From the NCBI GenBank assembly GCA_033764955.1, contig JANRIL010000023.1, forward strand, positions 32,001-96,000: DNA of 64,000 nucleotides, read 5' to 3'. The stretch's first letter is position 1, and each line of letters opens with the position of its first letter. Of this stretch, positions 1 through 10,083 are shown one piece after another. Made by a program: the position numbers and the translations under genes. The DNA comes from Cyanobacteriota bacterium. GTDB lineage: Bacteria > Cyanobacteriota > Cyanobacteriia > Thermostichales > Thermostichaceae. Below the pieces are notes generated by a model. It ran no database searches, was not told the DNA's origin, and saw only the letters and a list, made by a program, of their open reading frames with translations.

Positions 1-270
1 CAGCCTGCTAGTGGATCCCAATCTGGATTGTCTGCTTTGCCTTATGCGGCTAAATCTAATGTCTCTCAGGCTGTTCTAGAGAGACCTGTTTCCAAACGCA
101 ATATGCGACCCCTCAACCAAACTCAACTCTCTGAACGATTGGGGGTGGTTGTTTCCGCTATTACTTATTGGAAGCAAAAGCCTGGTTTTTCGGAATGGAG
201 TCGCAGTAAAGATCCAGATGGAGTAACTTGGCGGTACTCTCCTGACTCGAAGCGATTTATTCCAGACTAG
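1..270 (+). CDS. 3' end of hypothetical protein with a cyanobacterial HTH-like 'KDPDG' C-terminal domain (5' partial)
   Basis: Frame is open from base 1. LNQTQLSERLGV...FSEWSRSKDPDGVTWRY resembles a recurring cyanobacterial C-terminal domain. Confidence 0.6.
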   Translation, partial: QPASGSQSGLSALPYAAKSNVSQAVLERPVSKRNMRPLNQTQLSERLGVVVSAITYWKQKPGFSEWSRSKDPDGVTWRYSPDSKRFIPD

Positions 271-444
271 AGTTGTTTTGAGTGCCAGCTCTTAATGAGT
301 CAATAGACTGGGGAGATTTTATCGGGAGCGGGAACGAATCACAAAGACTTTCGTCAGCACTCGGGATGTCCTGTCGATGGTGATAGCTATTGCAGCCGTT
401 CTAGATAGGGCAAACCTCTCTAAATAGAAAGCGAGCCATCAACC

Positions 445-2193
445 CTACACCGACTGGGTAGGATGACCGGTTTTGCGATGTAGAACGGCAGTGCGACCGT
501 TGGTATCGATCACCTGCCCCTGTTGGGTTGTGGCATAAATCACCCAATGATCCCCACAGTCGAGGCGACTCACCACCTGACACTCCAAATAAGCCAATGC
601 GTCCTGCAAAATAGGTGCTCCATTGCTGGCAACCCGAACCTCCAATCCAGCAAAGCGATCTTCTCCGGGCGCAAAGGTTTTGAGAAAGTGTTTACGGATC
701 TGTTTGCCCTCTTGCAGGATGTTGATCACAAAGGGATCCCCAGTGTGGAGGAGAGATTCAATCGGCTGGTCTTTGGCAATCGCCACCGTAAAGCCGGGGG
801 GATTAAACGTGGCTTGAGCCACCCAGGAGGTGAGCAGGGCGCTAGAAACTTCCCCCTGTTTGGCCGTGACCACACAAAGGGATCCGATCACCCGCCCCAG
901 GGCTTGTTGAGCGGCGCTTCCGGTTTGGCTGGTTGTTTTGGCCAGCACGGGTTGGCGTTGCTTGTGGGTGCGTTTCAGTTCTTGAGCAAACTGTATGCCC
1001 GATTCTTCACACAGTTGGAGGGTGGTCTCGGTGGGCTTAAACTTGACGCGGATGGGTTCAAAGCCGAAGCGAAAACCAGCTTCCCGCAGTTTATCAGCGA
1101 GCAGATCAATCGCTTCCCCACTCCAACCAAAGGAGCCAAACACCCCCACGGTTTGTCCACGGCTGGCGTTGGAGAGGAGAATACCAAAGGCGGTCTGAAT
1201 TTGGGTGGGGACATGCCCTCCCAGGGTCGGGGATCCGATGATCACCCCATCACAGGTTTCGATGGCGGTTTTGACCTCGCTGGGTTCGGCAGACTCACAG
1301 TTGATCAGTTCTACCCCTACCCCTGCCTTGGTGATGCCCCGCCCGATAGCTTGCCCCAGGGTAGCGGTGTTGCCGTAGGCGGAGGCATAGAGGAGCGCCA
1401 CCTTGAGGCTCTGCACCCGTTGCTCTTGGCTCCACTGTTGATAGAGGTAAGTCAACTCCCGCAAGCCATCCCGCACCATCGGCCCGTGATTGGGAGCATA
1501 AAATTCCACCTGCAAGGGGGCGATCCGCTCCAGGGCAGCTTCCACCTGACGGGGTTGCGTCGCCATCAAACAGTCATAATAAAAGCGCCGATCCTCCAAA
1601 AACACCGACCAGCCCTCATCAAACACTTGATCCCCACAGACATGGCAGCCAAACCATTTATCGGTAAAGAGGATTTGCGTTTTGGGGTCGTAGGTGCAGA
1701 GCAGATCCGGCCAGCGGGGGCTAGGGGTGGGCAGGAACTTGAGGGCGTGGCCTTGTCCCAGATCGAGGGTTTCTTCTCCCCGCACAATCGAGATGGGCAG
1801 ATCATAATCGGGGAGAGCCGCTTTTAGGGCAACCGCCGCCGGATTGGAGCAGATAATTGTTACTTGATGAGTAATTTCTAGGAGGGCTTGCAGGGTCGCC
1901 ATCCGGTTGGGGTTGATGTGAGCCAGGATCAGATAGTCCAGTTGCCGCACATTCACTCGTGCCAATAGCGATTCCAGATAAATGCCCGTAAAGGTCTCAC
2001 CGGGAGGATCGATCAGGGCGGTTTTGTCTCCCTGAATCCAATAGGAATTGGCGGTGGTGCCCCGCTGCAAGCCATACTCCATCTCAAACCGGAGACGGTT
2101 CCAACTGCGGGAGCGAAAGACGGTGGTTTGTTTGGCTATAGGAAAAACCTGAACATCGCGGGGCTTGCTTGGGGTGAGAAGGGAGTTAACCAT
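445..2193 (-). CDS. flv1: Flavodiiron protein Flv1 type (beta-lactamase-like + flavodoxin + flavin reductase)
   Basis: RSRSWNRLRFEMEYGLQRGTTANSY, YASAYGNT, GSFGWSGEA, C-terminal GDHW. Non-canonical HINPNR in place of HxExDH, typical of the Flv1/2 class. Start placed at ATG 2193 (MVNSLL). Confidence 0.9.
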   Translation of the reverse strand: MVNSLLTPSKPRDVQVFPIAKQTTVFRSRSWNRLRFEMEYGLQRGTTANSYWIQGDKTALIDPPGETFTGIYLESLLARVNVRQLDYLILAHINPNRMATLQALLEITHQVTIICSNPAAVALKAALPDYDLPISIVRGEETLDLGQGHALKFLPTPSPRWPDLLCTYDPKTQILFTDKWFGCHVCGDQVFDEGWSVFLEDRRFYYDCLMATQPRQVEAALERIAPLQVEFYAPNHGPMVRDGLRELTYLYQQWSQEQRVQSLKVALLYASAYGNTATLGQAIGRGITKAGVGVELINCESAEPSEVKTAIETCDGVIIGSPTLGGHVPTQIQTAFGILLSNASRGQTVGVFGSFGWSGEAIDLLADKLREAGFRFGFEPIRVKFKPTETTLQLCEESGIQFAQELKRTHKQRQPVLAKTTSQTGSAAQQALGRVIGSLCVVTAKQGEVSSALLTSWVAQATFNPPGFTVAIAKDQPIESLLHTGDPFVINILQEGKQIRKHFLKTFAPGEDRFAGLEVRVASNGAPILQDALAYLECQVVSRLDCGDHWVIYATTQQGQVIDTNGRTAVLHRKTGHPTQSV

Positions 2194-2297
2194 AAAAGTA
2201 GGGATCCGCTCAAACCAAGCAGATGATGAGGGTGGACTGCACACAGTCAGTATCCCGAAGGGATACCCTTGCATTCTAATCCGGCTTTGGTCACGGC

Positions 2298-4418
2298 CTA
2301 GCTGAGGGGAAGGGGCAACACCTGCACGGCACAGGCTTTTAATTCGGGCTGGTGGGAAATCGGATCGTCGATGGGATGAGTGAGGGTGTTGGCTTCCGAT
2401 TGCTCCGCCCAAAGGGATCCCCAGTGCATAGGCACAAACACAGTCCCTGGAGCAATGGCACGGGTGATCTCAGCCAGAAAGTGGGCACTGCCCCGCCGCG
2501 AACGCACTTCCACCCAGGTTTGGTTACGGATGCCCAGATGGTCAGCATCACGGGGATGAATTTCCAGAAAGGGCTGCGGGTACATCTGGCGAATTTTGGG
2601 GATGCGACCTGTGCGAGTTTGGGTATGCCAATGTCCATAGACACGACCCGTGGTTAAGACGTAGGGATAGTGGGGATCGGGGGGTTCGGCGAGACCACGG
2701 GAGTGATAGGGGACAAAATTGGCTCGCCCACTGGGGGTATGAAAGTGAAAGTCAGTGTAGAGGCGGGGCTGGGGTTGATTGAGGGATCCCGCCGATCCGT
2801 CTGGGCACGGCCATTGTAACGGGCCTTCCTGGGCGAGCCGCTTGTAGCTAATCCCTGACATATCACAGGGGCGACCACGGGTGAGCTGCACGAATTCCTG
2901 ATGGATCTCTGCTGCCTGTTGATAAGGAAATTGTTCGGCAAATCCCAGCCGTTTTCCTACTTCTGCAAAAATTTGCCAATCAGGGAGGGCTTCGCCACGG
3001 GGAGTCTGAAAGGCCTCGCAGAGGGTGACGCGCCGTTCGGAATTGGTCATCGTGCCTGTTTTTTCACTCCACTGGCAGGCGGGCAAGAGGAGGTGGGCAT
3101 AGCGAGCCGTTTCGGTGGGAAAGTAGGCGTCTTGATAAATCGTAAAGGGGGAGAGGAGCAAGGCTTTTTTCACCCGTTCCAAATCCGGCAGACTGACCAG
3201 CGGATTAGTGGCGGCAATCCAAAATAGCTGAAGGGATCCCGATTCCAGCCCTTCGATCATCTGCCAGGTGGTTCGCCCCATCTGCGGGGCAATCCGTCCC
3301 GCCGGGATCCCCCAAAACGCCTCCACTTCGCGGCGGTGTTGCGGATTGCTGACGGAACGGTAGCCGGGGAGGAGATGGCTCAGCCCGCCCGCCTCCCGTC
3401 CGCCCATCGCATTGGGTTGTCCGGTTAAGGAAAATGGCCCACACCCAGGTTTCCCAATCTGCCCCGTCAGCAGATGTAGGTTGATCAGGCTAGAAACTTT
3501 GGCGGATCCCTCCTGAGACTGGTTAAGTCCCATCGACCATAGAGAAAGAATATGTTTGGACTCTTGCCAGTAGCGGGCGGCCTGCATCAGATCGGCGATC
3601 GGGATCCCGCAATGGTCAGCGACTTTTTCGGGGGGGTAGTGGCTGAGTAGAGCCGTATAGCTAGGGAAATGCTGAGTACATTCGTCAATAAATTCGGGAT
3701 CCAGTTCTCCCCATTTCAACAAAAGATGTCCAATGCCGTTCAATAAATCAATATCGCTGCCGGGACGAATCGCTAAATGCAAATCACACCCCTCAGCGGT
3801 GGCGGTTTTGCGGGGATCCACCACGATCAACTTGAGGGGGCTGCCTAATTTGTGGCGTTTTTTGAGGCGATTAAAGAGAATGGGGTGGCATTCGGCGGTA
3901 TTGCTACCAATTAAAAAAGCACAATCAGTGATATCCAAATCGTCATAACAACAGGGGGGACCATCCGCTCCTAAAGACTGCACATATCCAGCAATCGCGG
4001 AAGACATACACAGACGTGAATTGGCATCAAAATTATTGGTTCCTAAACAACCCTTGAGCAGTTTTTGAGCCAGATAATATTCTTCACTCAAAAACTGGCC
4101 AGATCCATACATAGCGATGGCATCGGGTGTTGATTGCAGGGCACAAATTCGCTCCGTTATGTGGGCAAAAGCTTCCTCCCAACTAATTCGTTCAAACTCA
4201 TCGGTTAGAGACTGACGAAACAGAGGATACAACAACCGATCCTGATCCACCGACTCCAAAATGGTTGCTCCTTTCACACACACCATGCCGTGGCTGGAAG
4301 GATGGCGGCGATCCCCGCGAATTTTCCAACGGGATCCCTGGGCATGATGGGTTGGGATCGCTTCTAAACCACAGCCCACCCCACAATAGGGGCAAAGGGT
4401 TCTTACACTGTCTGTCAT
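2298..4418 (-). CDS. narB: Ferredoxin-nitrate reductase
   Basis: [11 protein letters not shown]e-S motif, [29 protein letters not shown]. Lies at the end of the nir operon. Confidence 0.96.
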   Translation of the reverse strand: MTDSVRTLCPYCGVGCGLEAIPTHHAQGSRWKIRGDRRHPSSHGMVCVKGATILESVDQDRLLYPLFRQSLTDEFERISWEEAFAHITERICALQSTPDAIAMYGSGQFLSEEYYLAQKLLKGCLGTNNFDANSRLCMSSAIAGYVQSLGADGPPCCYDDLDITDCAFLIGSNTAECHPILFNRLKKRHKLGSPLKLIVVDPRKTATAEGCDLHLAIRPGSDIDLLNGIGHLLLKWGELDPEFIDECTQHFPSYTALLSHYPPEKVADHCGIPIADLMQAARYWQESKHILSLWSMGLNQSQEGSAKVSSLINLHLLTGQIGKPGCGPFSLTGQPNAMGGREAGGLSHLLPGYRSVSNPQHRREVEAFWGIPAGRIAPQMGRTTWQMIEGLESGSLQLFWIAATNPLVSLPDLERVKKALLLSPFTIYQDAYFPTETARYAHLLLPACQWSEKTGTMTNSERRVTLCEAFQTPRGEALPDWQIFAEVGKRLGFAEQFPYQQAAEIHQEFVQLTRGRPCDMSGISYKRLAQEGPLQWPCPDGSAGSLNQPQPRLYTDFHFHTPSGRANFVPYHSRGLAEPPDPHYPYVLTTGRVYGHWHTQTRTGRIPKIRQMYPQPFLEIHPRDADHLGIRNQTWVEVRSRRGSAHFLAEITRAIAPGTVFVPMHWGSLWAEQSEANTLTHPIDDPISHQPELKACAVQVLPLPLS

Positions 4419-4569
4419 ATCCGCTCGCCTGTGTCCTCAGAAAAAGGGATCCCTTTTTCCGTTCCTAAATGGGATAAAACTGCTAGTTTCTGGTGTTTTT
4501 TCTGGAGTGTTTTTTAGTCACTATCAGTCACGATGGTGCCAAAAAAATAATTAATGAATGGCTGATCAC

Positions 4570-5388
4570 TCATTCGTGGTGGCTGAAGCGCCGATAGAGA
4601 AAATCAAGAGCATAATTCCGCAGTTCATAATATTCGGGGGTTTCCAAAATTTGGGTGCGTTGGCGGGGTCGTGCAAAAGGGATCTCTAGGATTTCACCAA
4701 TTTTGGCGGCAGGTCCATTGGTCATCATGACCAGCCGATCCGCCAGAAAAAGAGCCTCATCAATATCATGGGTAATCATCAAAATTGTGCAGCGATGATC
4801 CCGCCAAATTTTTAACAATTCTTCCTGCAATTCCTCTTTGGTGATAGCATCTAGCGCCCCAAACGGTTCATCCAATAGCAACACCTGCGGACGAATCGCC
4901 AAAGCGCGAGCAATGGCTACCCGTTGTTTCATACCCCCCGATAACTGGTGAGGACGTTTGTGGGCGGCTTCGCTCAGCCCCACCATCTCCAGGTGCTCTT
5001 TCACAATCGAGCGCCGTTCCAGTATGGACTTTTCCGAGAAAACCTGACTGACCACCAATTCCACATTTTCAAAAGCGGTCAACCAGGGCAGGAGGGCATA
5101 GTTTTGAAAGACCATCATCCGATCTGGCCCCGGTTCGCTAATCGGTTGATCGTTCAAGAGAATGGTTCCACTACTGGGGGTGGAAAAGCCTGCCACCATG
5201 TTCAAGAGGGTGGACTTGCCACAGCCGGAGTGACCGATCATGCAGATCAGTTCTCCCGCCTTCACCGAGAGATTGATGGGATCCAACACCCGCAGATCCC
5301 CGTAGGATTTGGTAACCGATTGAATGTCTAGCAAAGGTTTCACCGACGGATTGGATAAACGAGCCGGAGGGGAAGCGGAGATCAGCAT
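4570..5388 (-). CDS. nrtD: Nitrate ABC transporter ATP-binding subunit D
   Basis: GHSGCGKST, LSGGMKQR, LLDEPFGALD. Start uncertain (ATG 5388 or TTG 5430). Confidence 0.93.
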   Translation of the reverse strand: MLISASPPARLSNPSVKPLLDIQSVTKSYGDLRVLDPINLSVKAGELICMIGHSGCGKSTLLNMVAGFSTPSSGTILLNDQPISEPGPDRMMVFQNYALLPWLTAFENVELVVSQVFSEKSILERRSIVKEHLEMVGLSEAAHKRPHQLSGGMKQRVAIARALAIRPQVLLLDEPFGALDAITKEELQEELLKIWRDHRCTILMITHDIDEALFLADRLVMMTNGPAAKIGEILEIPFARPRQRTQILETPEYYELRNYALDFLYRRFSHHE

Positions 5389-5438
5389 AAGCACCGTTGG
5401 GGGGAGATGGATAGGGGGGACAGAAAGCAAAAGGATCC

Positions 5439-7457
5439 CTAGCTGGGCAGGGCGGCTATGGGATCCATCACCACTTCGGCGATACGAATGTCAAGAGAAA
5501 AGGGCAACGATTGCAGATAGGCTAAGGGATCCTGTCCGTCAAAGCTGGAGCCATCCCCAAAAAGGAGCGCCCCCCGATCGTGCGCCCGATCCGGCAATCC
5601 CAAGTCATGGGCGGCCACCCCATAAACATCTGCCCGCACCACCCGCTCCAGCACCTCCTGCCAATTGCGCGGAAAGGGCGTGATCTGCCAGCGCACCAAT
5701 TGGGTGAGAATCCAAAGGTTTTCCAGGATTTCAGGACAACTATTCCGCCCATTGGCAAACTGGTTAAAGGTCAATACCTGCGGACTGTCCTGCCGCAAGC
5801 TAGGGTAAGGATCCACAAAACCAGGACGGACGTAAAGCGGGTCGGCATTCAGATAGTCAGGACGACAGAGCAGCTCCAGAATTTCTTCCCGATGGTGCGG
5901 CTGATCGCAGTAGTGGCAGGCTTCCAGCAAGGCTTTCACCAACGCCACATGGGTACGGGGATAACGGCTGGCCCATTCTTCCCTTACCCCCAAGACTTTC
6001 TCGATATGACTGGGCAAAATTTCGGGGGTGGTGGTGATCACAAACCCCATCTGATCCAGAACGGCACGTGAATTCCAGGGTTCTCCCACACAATAGCCAT
6101 CCAGATTTCCGGCCTTCAAGTTAGCCACCATTTGGGGAGGAGGAATCACCGTTAAGCTGACATCTTGATCGGGATGAATGCCCCCTCCCGCCAACCAGTG
6201 GCGCAGCAGCAGGTTGTGCATCGAGCCCACATGCACCATCCCCAAGGTAGGCACTTTGTCAGGGGTCTGATGGATAAACTGCCGCAGATCCGCCAGCGTT
6301 TTTACCCCCCGTTCCGCCAGTCGGTTGCTGAGGGTGATTGCGTTGCCGTTACGGGAGAGGGTGAGGGCGGTGACAACATTGACCAGGGATCCCCCCCAGC
6401 CCAGGGTGAGCGCTAGAGGCATCCCCGCCACCATCTGTGCAGCATCCAGGCGTCCAGTCAGGATCCCGTCGGCAATTCCCTTCCAACTGGTTTCACGGCT
6501 AAGGGTAACTTGATCCAATCCATATTTGGCAAACAGCCCCTTTTCCTTAGCCACAATCAGCGGGGCACAGTCGGTGAGGGGAATAAACCCCAACTCCACA
6601 TTCACTTTTTCCAGACCATGTCCGGTCACCACCGCCGGAGCCACCCATTTGCGCCGCTTTAACTGCTTCTGTTGGTTGAGGAAATAGATCATTTCTCCCC
6701 GCAGGCTGTAGTAGCTGGGATGATTGACCACCTCCAGCCGTTGGCGGGGTCGTGGAAAAGGAACCGTTAAGATCTGACCGATATGCGCTTCTGGGCCATT
6801 GGTCAGCATGACAATCCGATCCGATAGCAAAAGGGCTTCATCCACATCGTGGGTGACCATGACGCCGGTGATCTGGCTAGCTTGGCAAATCTGCATCAAC
6901 TGTTCCTGCAAATTGCCCCGTGTTAGCGCATCCAGAGCGCCAAAAGGTTCATCAAGCAGCAGTAGCTTGGGACGGGTCGCCAAAGCACGGGCAATCGCCA
7001 CCCGTTGCTTCATCCCTCCCGATAGGTGAGCCGGACGTTTGTCAGCCGCCGCCTGTAGCCCCACCAGCCGAATATGCTCCTCCACAATCTGAGCGCGCTG
7101 CTCAACTGACTCCTGTTGTAGGACTTCATCTACAGCCAAAGCGATGTTTTCCCTCACCGTTAACCAAGGGAGGAGGGAATAGTTTTGAAAAATCACCATC
7201 CGATCTGGTCCGGGATCGGTCACCTGCCGCCCTTCTAAAATAATGCCTCCGCAGGAGGGCTGATCCAACCCAGCAATTAGATTGAGGAGCGTAGATTTGC
7301 CACAGCCAGAATGACCAATCAGTGAGATAAATTCGCCTTTGTGAATCTTCAGATGGATATTTTTGAGAGCTGTATAAAAACTCCCATCCGCTGAGGGAAA
7401 TACCCGATCAACATGATCCACTTCCAGATAAGGGCGGGATAGCAAAGTAGTGCTCAT
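5439..7457 (-). CDS. nrtC: Nitrate ABC transporter ATP-binding subunit C with NrtA-like regulatory C-terminal domain
   Basis: N-terminal ABC domain plus GFIPLTDCAPL / CVGEPWN substrate-binding-like domain, 672 aa. Confidence 0.95.
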   Translation of the reverse strand: MSTTLLSRPYLEVDHVDRVFPSADGSFYTALKNIHLKIHKGEFISLIGHSGCGKSTLLNLIAGLDQPSCGGIILEGRQVTDPGPDRMVIFQNYSLLPWLTVRENIALAVDEVLQQESVEQRAQIVEEHIRLVGLQAAADKRPAHLSGGMKQRVAIARALATRPKLLLLDEPFGALDALTRGNLQEQLMQICQASQITGVMVTHDVDEALLLSDRIVMLTNGPEAHIGQILTVPFPRPRQRLEVVNHPSYYSLRGEMIYFLNQQKQLKRRKWVAPAVVTGHGLEKVNVELGFIPLTDCAPLIVAKEKGLFAKYGLDQVTLSRETSWKGIADGILTGRLDAAQMVAGMPLALTLGWGGSLVNVVTALTLSRNGNAITLSNRLAERGVKTLADLRQFIHQTPDKVPTLGMVHVGSMHNLLLRHWLAGGGIHPDQDVSLTVIPPPQMVANLKAGNLDGYCVGEPWNSRAVLDQMGFVITTTPEILPSHIEKVLGVREEWASRYPRTHVALVKALLEACHYCDQPHHREEILELLCRPDYLNADPLYVRPGFVDPYPSLRQDSPQVLTFNQFANGRNSCPEILENLWILTQLVRWQITPFPRNWQEVLERVVRADVYGVAAHDLGLPDRAHDRGALLFGDGSSFDGQDPLAYLQSLPFSLDIRIAEVVMDPIAALPS

Positions 7458-7573
7458 AAGGGCAAAAGAATGGGTTTGAATCTAGAAACACACAGCCTGA
7501 GATAGCCAATTTGGAGACAGCTTGGCATGAGTAGAATCAACATCTGAGGGATAGGCTACCGCGACATCTGGCG

Positions 7574-8410
7574 CTAAGAATGCTCATCCGCTACCAAACG
7601 GGATCCAATAAAAGCCATCAAGCGATCCAGCAACAGCCCGATCAACCCGACATAGACTAGAGCCAAGATAATTTCACTAATGCGGGAACTATTCCAGGCG
7701 TCCCAAATAAAGAAGCCAATGCCCACGCCGCCGATCAACATTTCTGCCGCCACAATCGCCAGCCACGATAGCCCCACCCCAATCCGCAAGCCTGTGAAAA
7801 TATAGGGAATAGTGGCCGGAAAAACAATCTTAAAAAAGTAGCGCCAGCCGGACATCCGAATGATCCGTGCCACATTGCGATAGTCCTGAGGGATCCTCTG
7901 TACCCCAACAGTGGTGTTGATCAAAATCGGCCAAATAGCGGTGATAAAGATCACAAAAATAGCCGAAGGGCCACTATCTCGAAAGGCAGCCAAAGAAATC
8001 GGCAACCAGGCTAAAGGAGGCACGGTTCGCAATACTTGAAAAATCGGATCCACCGCTTCATGCAGGAGCGGGTTAGCGCCGATCACCATCCCCAGCCCTA
8101 CTCCCGCAACCGCCGCCAAGAGAAACCCTAGGGCTACCCGTCGCAAGCTGGCTAAAATTTGCCAGAATAGCCCTTTGTCGGTGCCACCATTGTCAAAAAA
8201 CGGATCTTTGATTAGGGGATCCCAGGTGTCTTGCCAAACGGTTAAAGGGGTAGGCAAAGTAGCTCCCGGCAAACTACAAAGCAGTTGCCAAACGACCAAA
8301 ACGATTAAGAGAGCAGTGATAGGCAGCAAAATTCGTCGAAGCAACCGATAATACTGCATACGTTGCATTTGGGCTGAGGCTGAGCTTGTGGAACTTTGCC
8401 CCACAACCAT
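7574..8410 (-). CDS. nrtB: Nitrate ABC transporter permease
   Basis: DPFFDNGGTDKGLFWQILASL, LRTVPPLAWLP, WLAIVAAEML. Start placed at ATG 8410 (uncertain). Confidence 0.93.
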   Translation of the reverse strand: MVVGQSSTSSASAQMQRMQYYRLLRRILLPITALLIVLVVWQLLCSLPGATLPTPLTVWQDTWDPLIKDPFFDNGGTDKGLFWQILASLRRVALGFLLAAVAGVGLGMVIGANPLLHEAVDPIFQVLRTVPPLAWLPISLAAFRDSGPSAIFVIFITAIWPILINTTVGVQRIPQDYRNVARIIRMSGWRYFFKIVFPATIPYIFTGLRIGVGLSWLAIVAAEMLIGGVGIGFFIWDAWNSSRISEIILALVYVGLIGLLLDRLMAFIGSRLVADEHS

Positions 8411-8636
8411 TTTCAACACAAGAGGAGACAACAAAAAAGGACGCATCCAAGCAGCTAGATGAGTCAATCCTTTAATTAAACCAAGGATCAAAGGGAACAA
8501 AAGGGACAACCATTTCTGTTGTTGAAAAGGAGAGATCATGCAGGCTCCTGAGACATCGAGCGGATCAAAAACAATAAGGTGAGTGAGGAGGGATCCAAAA
8601 GCAATCATTAGCAATGAGCTTTGAAAATCATCGCCG

Positions 8637-9950
8637 TTAGGCTAGTTTTTTGATTTGCACAGCATTGAGATAGGCAGATGGATTGCTGGGGTCAAATGTG
8701 ATGCCATCAAAGAATGTTTCCACACCCCGTGAGGAGTTAGCTGGAATAGAACTATCTTGCCCAATCACTTTAGCAGCTTGTTGCCAGAGATCCTCACGAT
8801 TGACAGTATCCACTAGTTTTTGGGTGTCGGTATCCGCAGGTAAATATCCCCAACGGATGTCTTCGGTTAAAAACCAAAGATCATGGCTTTTGAAGGGATA
8901 AGAAGCTTGATCTGACCAAAACTTCATAAGATGAGGGCTATTTTCTTCCACTTTGCCCGTGCCATAGTCAAATGTGCCAGAGGCTCGTCCTAAAATATCT
9001 GCCTCCGCTACACCTAACCACTTGCGAGCGCCAATAATTTTGCACATTTCGGCTTTATTAGCGGCTTGATCACACCACACTTGAGCCTCTAATACTGCCT
9101 GTAAAATGGCTTGGGTGGCCTTGGGATTTTTTTCCACCCAATCACTGCGGAGGGCAAGAGATTTTTCGGGATGATTGTTCCAAAATTCACCAGTCGTGAT
9201 GGCCGAATATCCCAATTTTTGAGTGATGAGTTGGGCATTCCAAGGTTCTCCCACGCAAAAGGCTTCCATGCTTTTTGATTTCATGTTGGCCACCATCTGG
9301 GGAGGAGGCACCACAATCACCGAAATATCCTGGTTGGGATCAATACCTCCAGCAGCTAACCAGTAGCGCATCCACAAATCATGGGTTCCCCCCGGAAACG
9401 TGACAGCAACCTTCAGTTCTTTTCCTTCCGCTTTGGCTTTGGCAAAAGGTTCTTTGAGGGGAGAACTATCCAAGCCTACCTTTAGGTCTTGATAAGTATT
9501 GGCAACGGAAATGGCTTGTCCATTCACATTTAAGCGAGCCAAAATCGACATCGGCACCGGATTTCCATCCGTAATTTTGCCTGTGGTCATCAGATATGGC
9601 ATGGGGGTCAAAATATGCGCTCCATCGATACCATTGCTGGCGGATCCCAGCACCAAATTATCGCGAGTCACCCCCCAAGAGGCTTGTTTAACCACCTCCA
9701 CATCCTTCATGCCATATTTGTCGAAATAGCCTTTTTCTTTGGCGATAATCAGGGGAGCTGCATCGGTTAACGCAATAAAACCTAGCTTCGTTCCGGTCAC
9801 TTCGGGAGTATCGGCTTGGGCTACCCAATAACCCGATTGAGGAATAGCTTGGGAACGTAATCCCGCCACAGTGGCTCCGGTAGCCAGAGCAGAAGCCATT
9901 AAAAACTGACGTCGAGAAACGGGCGATTTGACTGATTTTGGGTGAGACAT
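8637..9950 (-). CDS. nrtA: Nitrate/nitrite-binding protein
   Basis: LGFIALTDAAPL, TFPGGTHDLW, VGEPWN. HPEK has Lys as in NrtA rather than Glu as in CmpA. Twin-arginine SRRQFL signal. Confidence 0.94.
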   Translation of the reverse strand: MSHPKSVKSPVSRRQFLMASALATGATVAGLRSQAIPQSGYWVAQADTPEVTGTKLGFIALTDAAPLIIAKEKGYFDKYGMKDVEVVKQASWGVTRDNLVLGSASNGIDGAHILTPMPYLMTTGKITDGNPVPMSILARLNVNGQAISVANTYQDLKVGLDSSPLKEPFAKAKAEGKELKVAVTFPGGTHDLWMRYWLAAGGIDPNQDISVIVVPPPQMVANMKSKSMEAFCVGEPWNAQLITQKLGYSAITTGEFWNNHPEKSLALRSDWVEKNPKATQAILQAVLEAQVWCDQAANKAEMCKIIGARKWLGVAEADILGRASGTFDYGTGKVEENSPHLMKFWSDQASYPFKSHDLWFLTEDIRWGYLPADTDTQKLVDTVNREDLWQQAAKVIGQDSSIPANSSRGVETFFDGITFDPSNPSAYLNAVQIKKLA

Positions 9951-10083
9951 GACAACCTCCTAAAAAACTACAAAACCAAGAGCAATAACTAGCAGAAATA
10001 GCTAGATGAGATAACCAAGGGATCCAACACCATAAAGGGTTGAAATCGTTTCGGGATCCCTTCCAACAGGGATCCAACCAGCA

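Noticed and set aside
523..1827. 434-aa ORF antisense to flv1, and similar shadow ORFs throughout
   Set aside because: Fully overlaps a well-supported gene on the opposite strand and has no recognisable motifs.
2250..2266. GTA...TAC palindrome before flv1 as an NtcA site
   Set aside because: Spacing is N11, not N8.
2194..2412. Long N-terminal extension of flv1 in the ORF track (likewise nrtB, recN and the 30544 ORF)
   Set aside because: Extensions overlap neighbouring genes or spacers and lack family similarity; downstream ATGs fit better.
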